IMG/VR virus record: IMGVR_UViG_3300021364_000001 | Coordinates: 32,001-96,000 of that record | Strand: one strand, 5' to 3' | Source of the DNA: a virus | Length of the DNA stretch: 64,000 bases | Shown: piece after piece, positions 20,151 to 28,936 of the stretch | Numbering within the stretch: position 1 is the stretch's first letter | Layout: every line of letters begins with the position of its first letter | Notes under the pieces: model-generated | The model's database searches: none | The model's input: the letters and a program-made list of their open reading frames with translations, nothing else | Told to the model about the DNA's origin: nothing | Program-made: the position numbers and the translations under genes

Positions 20151-23100
20151 TAACCGTTAAGGAGAGGAGATGCAGATGGACCACCAGCGGATTGTTTCCT
20201 ACCGCCACCCACGACTTGTGTCTGAATGACAGGTTGAACCGCGACCATTAATTGATTAGTCTTAGGTTCCTTCTCACGACGTGTCTTATCGACAGATAAT
20301 GTACTCAGTTTGTCTATCTTAGTATTTAGTGCCTCTGTCTCATCCGTTTTGACTGGTTTGAGATCAGACGCGGGTGTGGATGGTTGTGGGGCAGGAGGAG
20401 CAACAGACGGAGGTGCTTGTGGCGGAGTGGGATCAAACACACCCTCACTAGGTGTTCCACCACCCATTGCATCAGCATCCTTAGCATAATTACCTAAGAT
20501 GCCCAGTTTCTGAGCGAAGAACTCTGCCATCTTCTGTGCTGACAGATACTCAGTCTTGGCATCTACTGTGGGTTCGGCAGTCTGATTAGCAGTATCTGTA
20601 CCGCCAGTATTAGAACTACTAGAATCAGTCCCAGTCTGGGTCGTAGAACCTGTTGTGGGTGCAGTGTAGTTACCAGATCCATCAGTGCTACCACCACCAG
20701 TCAGATTCTCCCAGTGCCATGCTTCATGACCATCAGGATTGTCTGTCTCATATCCAGGAATCTGCTTGAACCCGAAAGTTCCAGCATTCATTCTCAACCA
20801 CTTATATGCACCATCAGTAAACCAGAGGTCAACTGCCTTACCTAAACCGTGGTTAGATGTACCAGGGGCAGCAGCAGTACCAGGTCCAAGACGATTGTAG
20901 AGTTCTGCTTGCTTCTCATATGAACGATAAGATGAGTTGATTCTGAATGCAGAACCCATCTTAAATCCATCATCCGATGCCTTTGCCATCATCGCCTTGA
21001 ACTTAGGCGCGACATCTTTGGCGAGTTTATGTCCACCACCAATCGATGCTAGTTGATCCTCAGGCAATCTACCATTGACAGAACCACCAGAAGCAAACTT
21101 ACCCCAATCTCTTACAGGATCTTTTGCCGACTTCTTGGTGCTCATCACCATGGGATCGACCATCTTCTTCGCCATCTTATTGTGTGCTCTTACAGCACCA
21201 CCCACTGCCATCTCAGGGAGAGTCATGGGTTCACCAGGGTCACCAGACTCTGCTGCTGACATCAATGCATCTTCACCAGGGAATCCACCGTCAGGATCGC
21301 GGATCAGTTTTCTCTGTGCAAAGTCACCACCGATCATCTTAGCGATCGGGTCATCAGTCTCTGCTAACCAGGGTATCTTATAAAGGAGTTTCAGCAACTG
21401 TTCTGCTGCCCACTCACCAGCAAAACCACCTGCCATACCAGTGATAAAACCAGGTACACCACCAAACGGAGCACCGATAGCGAAACCAGCAGAGTAACCT
21501 AACAGACCACCAGTTGCTTTGAGTAGGGCGTTGATAGGTGATTCACCAAACATACCATAGTCCATGAGTGCCATGACTAGGGCAACGATCTTATCGATAC
21601 CACCAATCTTGGCATTCGCTTTTGCTGCTTTCAAGAACTCACGCATGTTCTTGAATCCAGGATTCTGGAATCCTGCTTTCAGAGCACCACCGATGGAATC
21701 CTTGATCTTGTCCATCTTGATCCCACCAAGAGGACCCTTCGGTGGGGAGTTGGCAAGATCCTTGACCTGCTTACCAATAGGATTCTTTTCTAAGAGAGGA
21801 CCAACGAAGTCCTTGACCTTCGCCATCGCCTTGTCGCGAAGCGCAGCAGGATTCTTTGCTAGTTCTGCAACATCACCAATCGCTTTTCCTGCTTTGGCAC
21901 CAAAGTCCCAGATACCTTGACCCAGACTCTTGACACCACCAATCAGTCTCTCACCACCCTCAGCAAACCATTTGTTTAGATTTTGGAATGCACCAACAGT
22001 AAATGAACCAACTGCCTTTGCACCAGTGACAGTAGCATCGACTGCTCGACCTGCAAGTCTCCTACCTCTACCAAATAAGTCACCCAGAGCGCCCATGACG
22101 CCCTTGCTGGTTGCTACTTCTTCTGCTGCTTCGGATGCTACCTTTGTACTACTTCGCTCTGCAATCTCAACGCCAGTCTTCTTCGCTACATCATCAGCGT
22201 TCTGAGCAACTGCTTTCTTTGTAGCATCATCTGCACCAGCAGGTAACAGATCCAGTGGATTAGGACACAGAGCACCAGCGACTCCACCTAGACCACGACG
22301 ACCACCACGACCGAATCTTCTTCTAGCAGCTCTATCACCAAATCTTCTTCTATATCTCTCTCGTGCAGTGAGTCTTCTACCAGAACGATCTCTCGATCCA
22401 CCTCCACCGCCGCCACCACGACTTTTCGGTGACGTTCCCTTTCGGAATGCTTCACCGATCTTACGCATTGCCTTGAAGTCGCCAATCAACTTCCAAGGCA
22501 TTAGGATACGAGATCCTACGAAGATACTTGCTAATCCTGCAACAATTTGCAGAACACCAAATACCTTATCGAGACCATTCTCGACAGCACTCTTGTTAGG
22601 ATCGTTACCAAATACTTTCGAGATCCCGTCAAGGACCTGGGTCATCCCCCACTTGGTAAACCATCGAGCAAGATCCCATATACCCTTGAAGAACTTCAAG
22701 AGTGTCTTGATCTTCTTTAAGTTTTCTGGTTTGGATAACCAGTCTAGTACACCCAGAGCAAGGAATGGAGCAACCAACTTGATCAATCCACCCATGAGCA
22801 TCTTCATGGGACTGAACAGGTTCTTCAACCATCCAAACTTAGATTTCTTCTCCTTCTTTGCTTCCTCCTCACCTATCTTCTCTTCTTTCTTCTCACTCAG
22901 TCCTTCTTGCTTTTCTTCTGCAAGTTTATCCTGCTGCAATCCTTTCTTTTTGCCCAGCATGTCTTCCTGGGCTTCAATTATCTCTACCTTATGCTTATGC
23001 TCTTTCTCTGTAACTTCTTTCTCTCTTTCTTGGAAAGCAGTGACAGAATCAGTATATGTCGTTACTACTTCTTTGAATTCTTTTGTCAGCAGACCGATGT

Positions 23101-23218
23101 CAGTCAGAACCACACCAAGACGATTGAAGGCAAACATCTGGGACTTGAATTGTTTGCCTAAATCGTCTGACCCAAACTTGGGTTTAATGGTTACAAATTT
23201 TCTGATCGTTGCTGCCAT
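20150..23218 (-). CDS. Tape-measure/gp29-like paralogue with M15B (VanY-like) peptidase domain
   Basis: Start MAATIRKF at 23218 (TAATG overlap with gp51); SSYRSYEKQ...PGTSNHGLGKAVDL...HEAWHW M15 motif. Confidence 0.8.
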   Translation of the reverse strand: MAATIRKFVTIKPKFGSDDLGKQFKSQMFAFNRLGVVLTDIGLLTKEFKEVVTTYTDSVTAFQEREKEVTEKEHKHKVEIIEAQEDMLGKKKGLQQDKLAEEKQEGLSEKKEEKIGEEEAKKEKKSKFGWLKNLFSPMKMLMGGLIKLVAPFLALGVLDWLSKPENLKKIKTLLKFFKGIWDLARWFTKWGMTQVLDGISKVFGNDPNKSAVENGLDKVFGVLQIVAGLASIFVGSRILMPWKLIGDFKAMRKIGEAFRKGTSPKSRGGGGGGGSRDRSGRRLTARERYRRRFGDRAARRRFGRGGRRGLGGVAGALCPNPLDLLPAGADDATKKAVAQNADDVAKKTGVEIAERSSTKVASEAAEEVATSKGVMGALGDLFGRGRRLAGRAVDATVTGAKAVGSFTVGAFQNLNKWFAEGGERLIGGVKSLGQGIWDFGAKAGKAIGDVAELAKNPAALRDKAMAKVKDFVGPLLEKNPIGKQVKDLANSPPKGPLGGIKMDKIKDSIGGALKAGFQNPGFKNMREFLKAAKANAKIGGIDKIVALVMALMDYGMFGESPINALLKATGGLLGYSAGFAIGAPFGGVPGFITGMAGGFAGEWAAEQLLKLLYKIPWLAETDDPIAKMIGGDFAQRKLIRDPDGGFPGEDALMSAAESGDPGEPMTLPEMAVGGAVRAHNKMAKKMVDPMVMSTKKSAKDPVRDWGKFASGGSVNGRLPEDQLASIGGGHKLAKDVAPKFKAMMAKASDDGFKMGSAFRINSSYRSYEKQAELYNRLGPGTAAAPGTSNHGLGKAVDLWFTDGAYKWLRMNAGTFGFKQIPGYETDNPDGHEAWHWENLTGGGSTDGSGNYTAPTTGSTTQTGTDSSSSNTGGTDTANQTAEPTVDAKTEYLSAQKMAEFFAQKLGILGNYAKDADAMGGGTPSEGVFDPTPPQAPPSVAPPAPQPSTPASDLKPVKTDETEALNTKIDKLSTLSVDKTRREKEPKTNQLMVAVQPVIQTQVVGGGRKQSAGGPSASPLLNG

Positions 23219-23406
23219 TATAGGAATGATCCACCTTGTTTTTGCTTGGCACGTTCGCGCTCTTCTTCTTGTAGATATGCTAAAAGCAGATTCACGTAAA
23301 CATCCCTCTCCCAAGGGATCATATCTTCTAACTCAGTAAGTGAGTATTTGTGGTGTTGCATTAATGCGAAGTTAGTCTTGAACAAGTTCATGAGACTATC
23401 ATGCAT
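23218..23406 (-). CDS. gp51: gp51-like baseplate hub assembly protein (possibly the frameshifted extension of gp26)
   Basis: KTNFALMQHHKYSLTELEDMIPWERDVY motif. Confidence 0.8.
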   Translation of the reverse strand: MHDSLMNLFKTNFALMQHHKYSLTELEDMIPWERDVYVNLLLAYLQEEERERAKQKQGGSFL

Positions 23407-23411
23407 TAACG

Positions 23412-24113
23412 CTATGCGAAAAAAGCGGCGAGTCCTTCCAGAATGATAGTGTTATCTACCTTGGTTTTAGGATTCGTTACCACGAACTCATGCCTGAGTT
23501 TAGGCATTGTGTCGAAGAACTTTTGAATAGATTGGAACTGTTCACTGTTCATCTCACCGAGGAATTCCTTTGCTTCTTTCTTAGTGAAAGACTCATAGGT
23601 TTCATCTCCATCGTATACCTTCTCAATGCAGTCAGCAGCAAGTTCAAAGACATCTTCGATGTCAGGATCTTCCTTCATGTTAGTATCGATGAATGCATCG
23701 AGTGAAGGATACCTCATCTGCACCTTGACAGTATCAGTGAGTTTGACAATCTTCTTGTGATCCTTAGGAACATTGACTTCAATCTCATCGAGATTCAGTT
23801 GAACATCAACCTGAGTCTCTCCATCATCTTGACATGTGACTTTGAATTCACTAACCTCACCAACCGCCTTGGATCTAATCTTCAAGAAAAGATACTCGAT
23901 CTCAAACGTGGCAAGTTTCTCAACGTTAGGAACGTTGGTACATGCTTTAAGGATTTGCTTCACTGCTCGAATCATCTCCTTCTCGTTCTGGGACTCCATC
24001 GCGAGATAGAGGAGTTTTTCTTCTTTTACGAGGAAAGGTCGGTATGTGACCTTAGTACCACTGACAGGGAGTTTACACTCATAATCAGGCACTACAAGTT
24101 TAGGTAAAGGCAT
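23412..24113 (-). CDS. gp26: Baseplate hub subunit / tail assembly chaperone gp26
   Basis: MPLPKL..P.YECKLP.SG..VTYRPFLVKEEKLL signature. Confidence 0.9.
   Translation of the reverse strand: MPLPKLVVPDYECKLPVSGTKVTYRPFLVKEEKLLYLAMESQNEKEMIRAVKQILKACTNVPNVEKLATFEIEYLFLKIRSKAVGEVSEFKVTCQDDGETQVDVQLNLDEIEVNVPKDHKKIVKLTDTVKVQMRYPSLDAFIDTNMKEDPDIEDVFELAADCIEKVYDGDETYESFTKKEAKEFLGEMNSEQFQSIQKFFDTMPKLRHEFVVTNPKTKVDNTIILEGLAAFFA
23418..23424 (-). other. Putative -1 ribosomal frameshift site T-TTT-TTC (gp26 to gp51)
   Basis: In-frame X XXY YYZ heptamer one codon before the gp26 stop; the -1 frame is open into gp51. Confidence 0.65.
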
Positions 24114-24147
24114 AATCAGAAAATGACGATGTAATTATTTAGACGAG

Positions 24148-24894
24148 TTATCCGATGCTGAATCTCTGCACATCGGGGTTACCAGAACCTTCTACTTTGG
24201 TTCTAATCTCACTGAACGTGAATGTTTGTGCTCTGCCACCCTTCGTTTTCAGGGTCTTAGGAGATACTTGGTCGAATCTGTAACGCTCGAAGTAGAACTG
24301 AATATCCATTTGTAGAAGTCCAGTCTGTTCGTTATCAAACGTTTGAGTGCTGATGTTTGTAGGGAATGCACCAAACAGTTTCCACACACCAGTTGCTTGC
24401 ATGGGGTGCATACCTTTCTTGTTCTTGCCAGTTCTCTCGTCTCTTTGCGTCAACTTAAAGTTGGCACCATGCTCCCACTTGACGATCTGCAAATCAACAG
24501 TATAGTCGTCATAGAATGCTACGCTGTTGTCAGAATCAGAAGCAGCAGAGTGTAACCATGCTTCAAAGAAATCTCTATGCATCTGGTCCTTTGTAACCAA
24601 AAACGAGATAGTAATCTCTGAGTTGGTTTGTCCAGTAGCAAATCGACGCATCATACCAAAGTTATTAATCTCACTTGTAGTGAGTGCTCTACTTGGTGTA
24701 GTTACAGAAGCAGCATAGTAGTTGATAGTCTCATAGACTCTTTTAATACGAGCACCATTCACTGCACCATTCCCACCTTGACCAAATATGGGAGGTGCAG
24801 GAATCATGATCTGAAACAGATTGGTAGTTGCTGGTGCCAGGGCATTAGTAGCAACCAGATCTCTGAATGTATTAAATCTATTGGGACTTCCCAC
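24148..24894 (-). CDS. gp54: Tail tube initiator gp54-like
   Basis: Tube-fold motifs (TNLFQIMIP, EITISFLV, FFEAW, YDDY, FPTNIS, DIQFYFER). Confidence 0.65.
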   Translation of the reverse strand: MGSPNRFNTFRDLVATNALAPATTNLFQIMIPAPPIFGQGGNGAVNGARIKRVYETINYYAASVTTPSRALTTSEINNFGMMRRFATGQTNSEITISFLVTKDQMHRDFFEAWLHSAASDSDNSVAFYDDYTVDLQIVKWEHGANFKLTQRDERTGKNKKGMHPMQATGVWKLFGAFPTNISTQTFDNEQTGLLQMDIQFYFERYRFDQVSPKTLKTKGGRAQTFTFSEIRTKVEGSGNPDVQRFSIG

Positions 24895-25364
24895 TATTGT
24901 CTACTCCAAATGATGGAACTAGGAACGTCAAGATATCGACCCACAACATTCATAGTGAATTGCTCCAAGGGGAGCGGATACTTCATATCTTTGAGGTCAG
25001 CAGATGAGACCGTCTTGATATTACTTGCATTTGACATAAAGTATTTATGGTGGCAGCGACGAGGATATGATACGGATCCCCCGCCCCAAGATTTAGCAAC
25101 AGATACTCTGGTGCTAGGTCTAAGATAATGTATGTTTCCACCAGAGAACTGCTGGTTTGCCATGTCAATATCTGTAATCAGTACCATCGGGTACTTATCA
25201 TAGAATGGCAGATCTTTGGTTGCCGCAGAGTATGCAAAGAATATAACGTCACCTACCTTAAATCCCTTAGAATCAGGCAATCCATAAAATACCTGAGACC
25301 GATACCAGTCCTTAGACTTCTTACCCCCTCCTGCTAATTCTTTAACGTCGTTGAAGATGCTCAT
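24894..25364 (-). CDS. gp2: DNA end protector gp2-like
   Basis: FFAYSAATKDLPFYDKYPMVL...GGNIHYL motif. Confidence 0.75.
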   Translation of the reverse strand: MSIFNDVKELAGGGKKSKDWYRSQVFYGLPDSKGFKVGDVIFFAYSAATKDLPFYDKYPMVLITDIDMANQQFSGGNIHYLRPSTRVSVAKSWGGGSVSYPRRCHHKYFMSNASNIKTVSSADLKDMKYPLPLEQFTMNVVGRYLDVPSSIIWSRQ

Positions 25365-25795
25365 ACCTTTAACTCGTGTTCTGTGAGTATCATGAATTCC
25401 ATCTTACGATCAGCACAATATTCTTTTGCTGCCTTCCACTTCGCATCATTGACAGCATACGTCTTAACTTCGCTCAGATACCTCTTAGTAACTCGTTTCT
25501 GTTTCTTGGGGGGAAGGGTCTGCTTCGACGGTTTAACCTCGATAATGAACCTCTGAGTCCTTCCAGTCCTGGTGCGTGCTCTGACGTAGAAGTCTGGAAA
25601 ATAGCGATGAACCCTATTATCGACAGGACTAACATAGGGGATGACAATCTCTTCACTGCCCCACTCCAATACATTCTCGTTCTTATCACACCATACCATA
25701 AATTTTCTTTCCCACAAACTCCTATAAATAATATTTGTGGGATCCCCCTTATACTTATGAGTGTTTGATGGTCTAAATTTTCCTGAATAACTCAT
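25361..25795 (-). CDS. gp4: Head completion nuclease gp4
   Basis: YSGKFRPSN..KYKGDPTNIIYRSLWE...WGSEE...HRYFPDF...IEVKP. Confidence 0.92.
   Translation of the reverse strand: MSYSGKFRPSNTHKYKGDPTNIIYRSLWERKFMVWCDKNENVLEWGSEEIVIPYVSPVDNRVHRYFPDFYVRARTRTGRTQRFIIEVKPSKQTLPPKKQKRVTKRYLSEVKTYAVNDAKWKAAKEYCADRKMEFMILTEHELKV
25723..25730 (+). promoter_or_regulatory. T4-type late promoter TATAAATA for gp48-gp53 (lies inside gp4)
   Basis: Exact TATAAATA about 64 nt upstream of the gp48 ATG. Confidence 0.7.
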
Positions 25796-26813
25796 GGCGA
25801 AACAAGGTAAAAAGTCTAAGAACCAGAATAAATCTCAGTCCAAAGGGGCAAAGAGTGGTGGTAGACTTATTTATCCGTTGCAGATGCCTCGTGGACCGCG
25901 AGGCAATAATGACGGATCGATTTCGCGTGACCGTACGTTTGGTACGGAGCAGATGGATTATCTCAAACTGATGATCTATGATTCTGAGAAGACTAATCAA
26001 TATACTTATTCAGGAAAAGGCAAGAACCCTGGTTCTACTGGTAATAAGGACGCTATCCTTAAAACCATCTACCTGTACCTTCCACATGAACTGAACGAGA
26101 CTTATAGCACCTCATACGATAAGGTTGCACTGGGTCCTTTCGGTGACATTGCTGTGGAAGCAATGAGATCAGGTAATATCGACAACATCGCCCAGAACAT
26201 CCAGCAAGGTGCTAAGAACGCCAAACCTGAGGTTGCTTTCAACGCAGTCTCTGGTATCTTCAATGGTGCTGCTAGTCTGTTTGGTGTTAGTGGTAACATG
26301 AACAAGAACCAACTCGCTGCTTTGGCGAAAGGAAAGGTGTTCAACCCATATGAAGAGACTGTCTTCAAAGGTGTGAACTATCGTTCTCACAACTTCAACT
26401 TCCAGATGGCACCACGCAATGCTGAGGAAGCACAAGCGATTGAGAACATCATCACGGCACTGAGAGACGCCATGCTACCCAACATCAGTGGTGATGCTCG
26501 CTGGTTGACCGTTCCTAGGTTCTTCCGTTGCGAACTGGTGAGATATACACCTGGCAAAGCGGCAACCAGAGCAAACTTGAATGATAAACTCTCTGCTCCT
26601 GAGAGAATGTCTGTTCTTTTGACATTCCCAGTGAACATGGTTCTCACTAACATGCAAGTCAACCTGACACCATCAGGTCAGCACACTTCACTTCGTACTG
26701 CGAATATGGATGGTGTTGATTATGGTCCTGCCAGTTATAACCTGCAACTCAGTTTTGACGAGACTGCATTCATCACTCGTAATATGTACAACGGCGGCAA
26801 GAAATCGAAATGA
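25794..26813 (+). CDS. gp48: Baseplate tail tube cap gp48
   Basis: IYLYLP, FNPYEE..FKG..YRSH.F.FQMAPRN.EEA motifs. Confidence 0.88.
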   Translation: MAKQGKKSKNQNKSQSKGAKSGGRLIYPLQMPRGPRGNNDGSISRDRTFGTEQMDYLKLMIYDSEKTNQYTYSGKGKNPGSTGNKDAILKTIYLYLPHELNETYSTSYDKVALGPFGDIAVEAMRSGNIDNIAQNIQQGAKNAKPEVAFNAVSGIFNGAASLFGVSGNMNKNQLAALAKGKVFNPYEETVFKGVNYRSHNFNFQMAPRNAEEAQAIENIITALRDAMLPNISGDARWLTVPRFFRCELVRYTPGKAATRANLNDKLSAPERMSVLLTFPVNMVLTNMQVNLTPSGQHTSLRTANMDGVDYGPASYNLQLSFDETAFITRNMYNGGKKSK

Positions 26814-27769
26814 CGCATTACTTCGGATACCTACCTAACGTCAGAGTACGTGTTTCTTCGTTTAGACAGAATAACGTTGAACCGTTCGTTGCTGCAAAGA
26901 ATATCTTCCGTAGAGTGAAGATCAGAGAACAGATCCAAGACGATATTCTTGGTTTTGAGCAGTATACCGTTGGAAATAACGAAAGACCCGATCAGGTCGC
27001 TACTGAGTTGTATGATGACCCTGAATTAGATTGGGTAATCCTTCTCTGCAACAATATCATCAATATCTACAATGATTGGCCGATGAGTGAGCAGGAACTC
27101 TATGACTATGTGGCGTCCAGATACAACAATGTGAATGGAGTTCACCACCATGAGACATACGAGGTCAAAGACGACCTAGGTAATGTCTTAATGGAAGCAG
27201 GAAAGGTCGTAAACTCTACTTTTCAATATATTACTAGTGACAATATCACTGTGGTTCCTAGTGTATATCCTGTTTCTAACTATGACCACGAAAGAGCATT
27301 AAACGACGAAAAGTCGAATATCTGGGTTTTGCGTCAAGAATACATTGATGACTTTGTTGACGAATTTGAAGAACTTCTCCAATATGCTCCAAATGAAGAA
27401 TTGGGCGATGGAGAAGATATTAAGATGACAGTTGATGCTGTGGAAGAGATCTTCATTGATAAGAAACTCATTTACAGCACAGAATACGGTCTGGCACCTT
27501 CTCTGGCATTTGCTGGACAGCAAGAATTGACCAATAGAACGGTTACGACCACAACACTCGATTCTGGCGCTACGATAACTCAGACAGAGAATACCACCAG
27601 TGCAAACACGGGTTCTGGACTGATTAACTCGTCTGGGGTGCTGGCAGGTACTACGGACGCTTCTAGCACCGCTCAGACAAGTTCTAGCAGTAGTTCATCG
27701 AGCAGCAGCAGCGGATCCAGCGGATCCAGTGGTTCCAGTGGCAGTTCGGGCAGTAGTGGCGGTTACTAA
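26810..27769 (+). CDS. gp53: Baseplate wedge subunit gp53 with Ser/Gly-rich tail
   Basis: YFGYLPN, KNIFRRVK, ERPDQVA..LYDDPELDWVILL.NNI...DWP motifs. Confidence 0.9.
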   Translation: MTHYFGYLPNVRVRVSSFRQNNVEPFVAAKNIFRRVKIREQIQDDILGFEQYTVGNNERPDQVATELYDDPELDWVILLCNNIINIYNDWPMSEQELYDYVASRYNNVNGVHHHETYEVKDDLGNVLMEAGKVVNSTFQYITSDNITVVPSVYPVSNYDHERALNDEKSNIWVLRQEYIDDFVDEFEELLQYAPNEELGDGEDIKMTVDAVEEIFIDKKLIYSTEYGLAPSLAFAGQQELTNRTVTTTTLDSGATITQTENTTSANTGSGLINSSGVLAGTTDASSTAQTSSSSSSSSSSSGSSGSSGSSGSSGSSGGY

Positions 27770-28011
27770 AAGAGACCGTTTTCTTTACCGTATTGGAGCA
27801 ATTCTTTTAGATGACCCACATGTTGCGCTCCAAGTGCAATTTGTGGGTAATCTGCATCTTTACCAAATTCTTGCTCAAACGCTCTTTGGGAAAAATGCTG
27901 ATTTAGGCGATATTCGAGATATTCGCCTCCAAGCGATTTGAGCAGTGCCGCTGCTCTTTCGCACTCTTGACTGCCATTAGAGTAAATTACTGCTGTCTTT
28001 GCAATGACCAT
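27766..28011 (-). CDS. Glutaredoxin-like protein (single Cys)
   Basis: IYSNGSQECER...FGKDADYPQI..G..HVG resembles the glutaredoxin fold. Confidence 0.6.
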   Translation of the reverse strand: MVIAKTAVIYSNGSQECERAAALLKSLGGEYLEYRLNQHFSQRAFEQEFGKDADYPQIALGAQHVGHLKELLQYGKENGLF

Positions 28012-28325
28012 TAGTCGCGTTGTCTCCAATCGTCGGGTTTGTCTTGTTTGAACCAATCTACAATTTCGTCGGCACCTGAGAACCCCGTTTTGTAATTAGA
28101 TGGGTCGGGGTCGCCTAATCCCATCTTATTCATAAAATCATCCATACTGCCCTCCTGAATATCCTGGGCAGCCTGTCGTCTTGCCTTGTTTAACCAATCT
28201 CGGGCAGTTGTATATGACTTGGCAAGTTTCTCTGCCCAGATCATATCGTCAAGTTTGACTTCTTCCTTGTTTGCGATCTTCTTGCAGATAAACTCTAATC
28301 TGAGTCTGTACTGGGTTGAGAGCAT
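28011..28325 (-). CDS. Conserved hypothetical cyanophage protein
   Basis: 104-aa ORF, translationally coupled. Confidence 0.65.
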   Translation of the reverse strand: MLSTQYRLRLEFICKKIANKEEVKLDDMIWAEKLAKSYTTARDWLNKARRQAAQDIQEGSMDDFMNKMGLGDPDPSNYKTGFSGADEIVDWFKQDKPDDWRQRD

Positions 28326-28522
28326 ACTTCGTTGTCCGCCAGATAGTGTTCAAGTTGGTTGATGCGTTGGAATCGCTGATATGCTGCCTCAGACCGAATA
28401 TGGAGAATATACTGAATATCGTCCATAACGAGAGTAGGGTCCACACCGTCTTCCAGGTACTTATCGATAGCCTCCGTCAAATACCGTAAACGGTGCCACT
28501 CTTGTGAGTAGGGTTTATACAT
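28295..28522 (-). CDS. Hypothetical protein
   Basis: 75-aa ORF directly behind a consensus sigma70 promoter. Confidence 0.65.
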   Translation of the reverse strand: MYKPYSQEWHRLRYLTEAIDKYLEDGVDPTLVMDDIQYILHIRSEAAYQRFQRINQLEHYLADNEVCSQPSTDSD

Positions 28523-28546
28523 GATGTGGGATTATGCTACCAAAGA

Positions 28547-28575
28547 ACTATACACAGAACTCGTGGTTCTGTCAA
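28547..28575 (-). promoter_or_regulatory. Sigma70-type promoter TTGACA-N17-TATAGT with palindromic spacer
   Basis: TTGACA 28575-28570, TATAGT 28552-28547; late TAAATA at 28577-28582 immediately upstream. Confidence 0.8.
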
Positions 28576-28599
28576 GTATTTATGAAAAACCCTGGGGGC

Positions 28600-28633
28600 A
28601 AAAAAATACCCCGAATTTTTTTCGGGGTATTTT
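28600..28633 (-). terminator. Intrinsic terminator after the gp32 operon
   Basis: AAAATACCCCGAA / TTCGGGGTATTTT 13-bp inverted repeat with a T run on the minus strand. Confidence 0.8.
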
Positions 28634-28657
28634 GTAAATCAAAAGTCGATTTTGGTT

Positions 28658-28936
28658 TTACCAAGTCAATCGACGACATGGAACTCGCTTGTCTCTTACT
28701 ACCTCCTTGTAGTGTCCATAGATGTAGACATCACCTCTCCAACGACCAGGAACCCACCTGGTTCGACGCACCTCTTTGATACAAGTCCTAGGTCGGATGT
28801 ACTGAGGTCGATCGTTGTAGTGAACAACCTCGATGCGATGGTCATGGTCAAACGGTTCCCAGAATTCATCCCAAGTAATTGCCTGAGCAGGGGAACCGAG
28901 TGCCAGGAGCAGGGGGAGAGCAAGAAACTTCTTCAT
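28658..28936 (-). CDS. Small secreted/periplasmic hypothetical protein
   Basis: Signal peptide MKKFLALPLLLALGSPAQA; WVPGRW and YGHY beta-hairpin flanked by two Cys. Confidence 0.65.
   Translation of the reverse strand: MKKFLALPLLLALGSPAQAITWDEFWEPFDHDHRIEVVHYNDRPQYIRPRTCIKEVRRTRWVPGRWRGDVYIYGHYKEVVRDKRVPCRRLTW

Noticed and set aside
23219-23314. Longer 1054-aa start for the M15 tape-measure-like gene
   Set aside because: The extension overlaps gp51; the coupled ATG at 23218 is more plausible. Similar over-long starts were trimmed for thyX, phoH, the DUF1825-like gene and others.
25361-25795. TnsA-like nuclease as a transposon marker
   Set aside because: It is the core T4 gp4 head-completion gene in its usual context; no terminal repeats.
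27680-27765. Short 9-nt-period repeats at the end of gp53
   Set aside because: They encode a Ser/Gly linker tail; no constant repeat-spacer structure, so not CRISPR or a mobile repeat.
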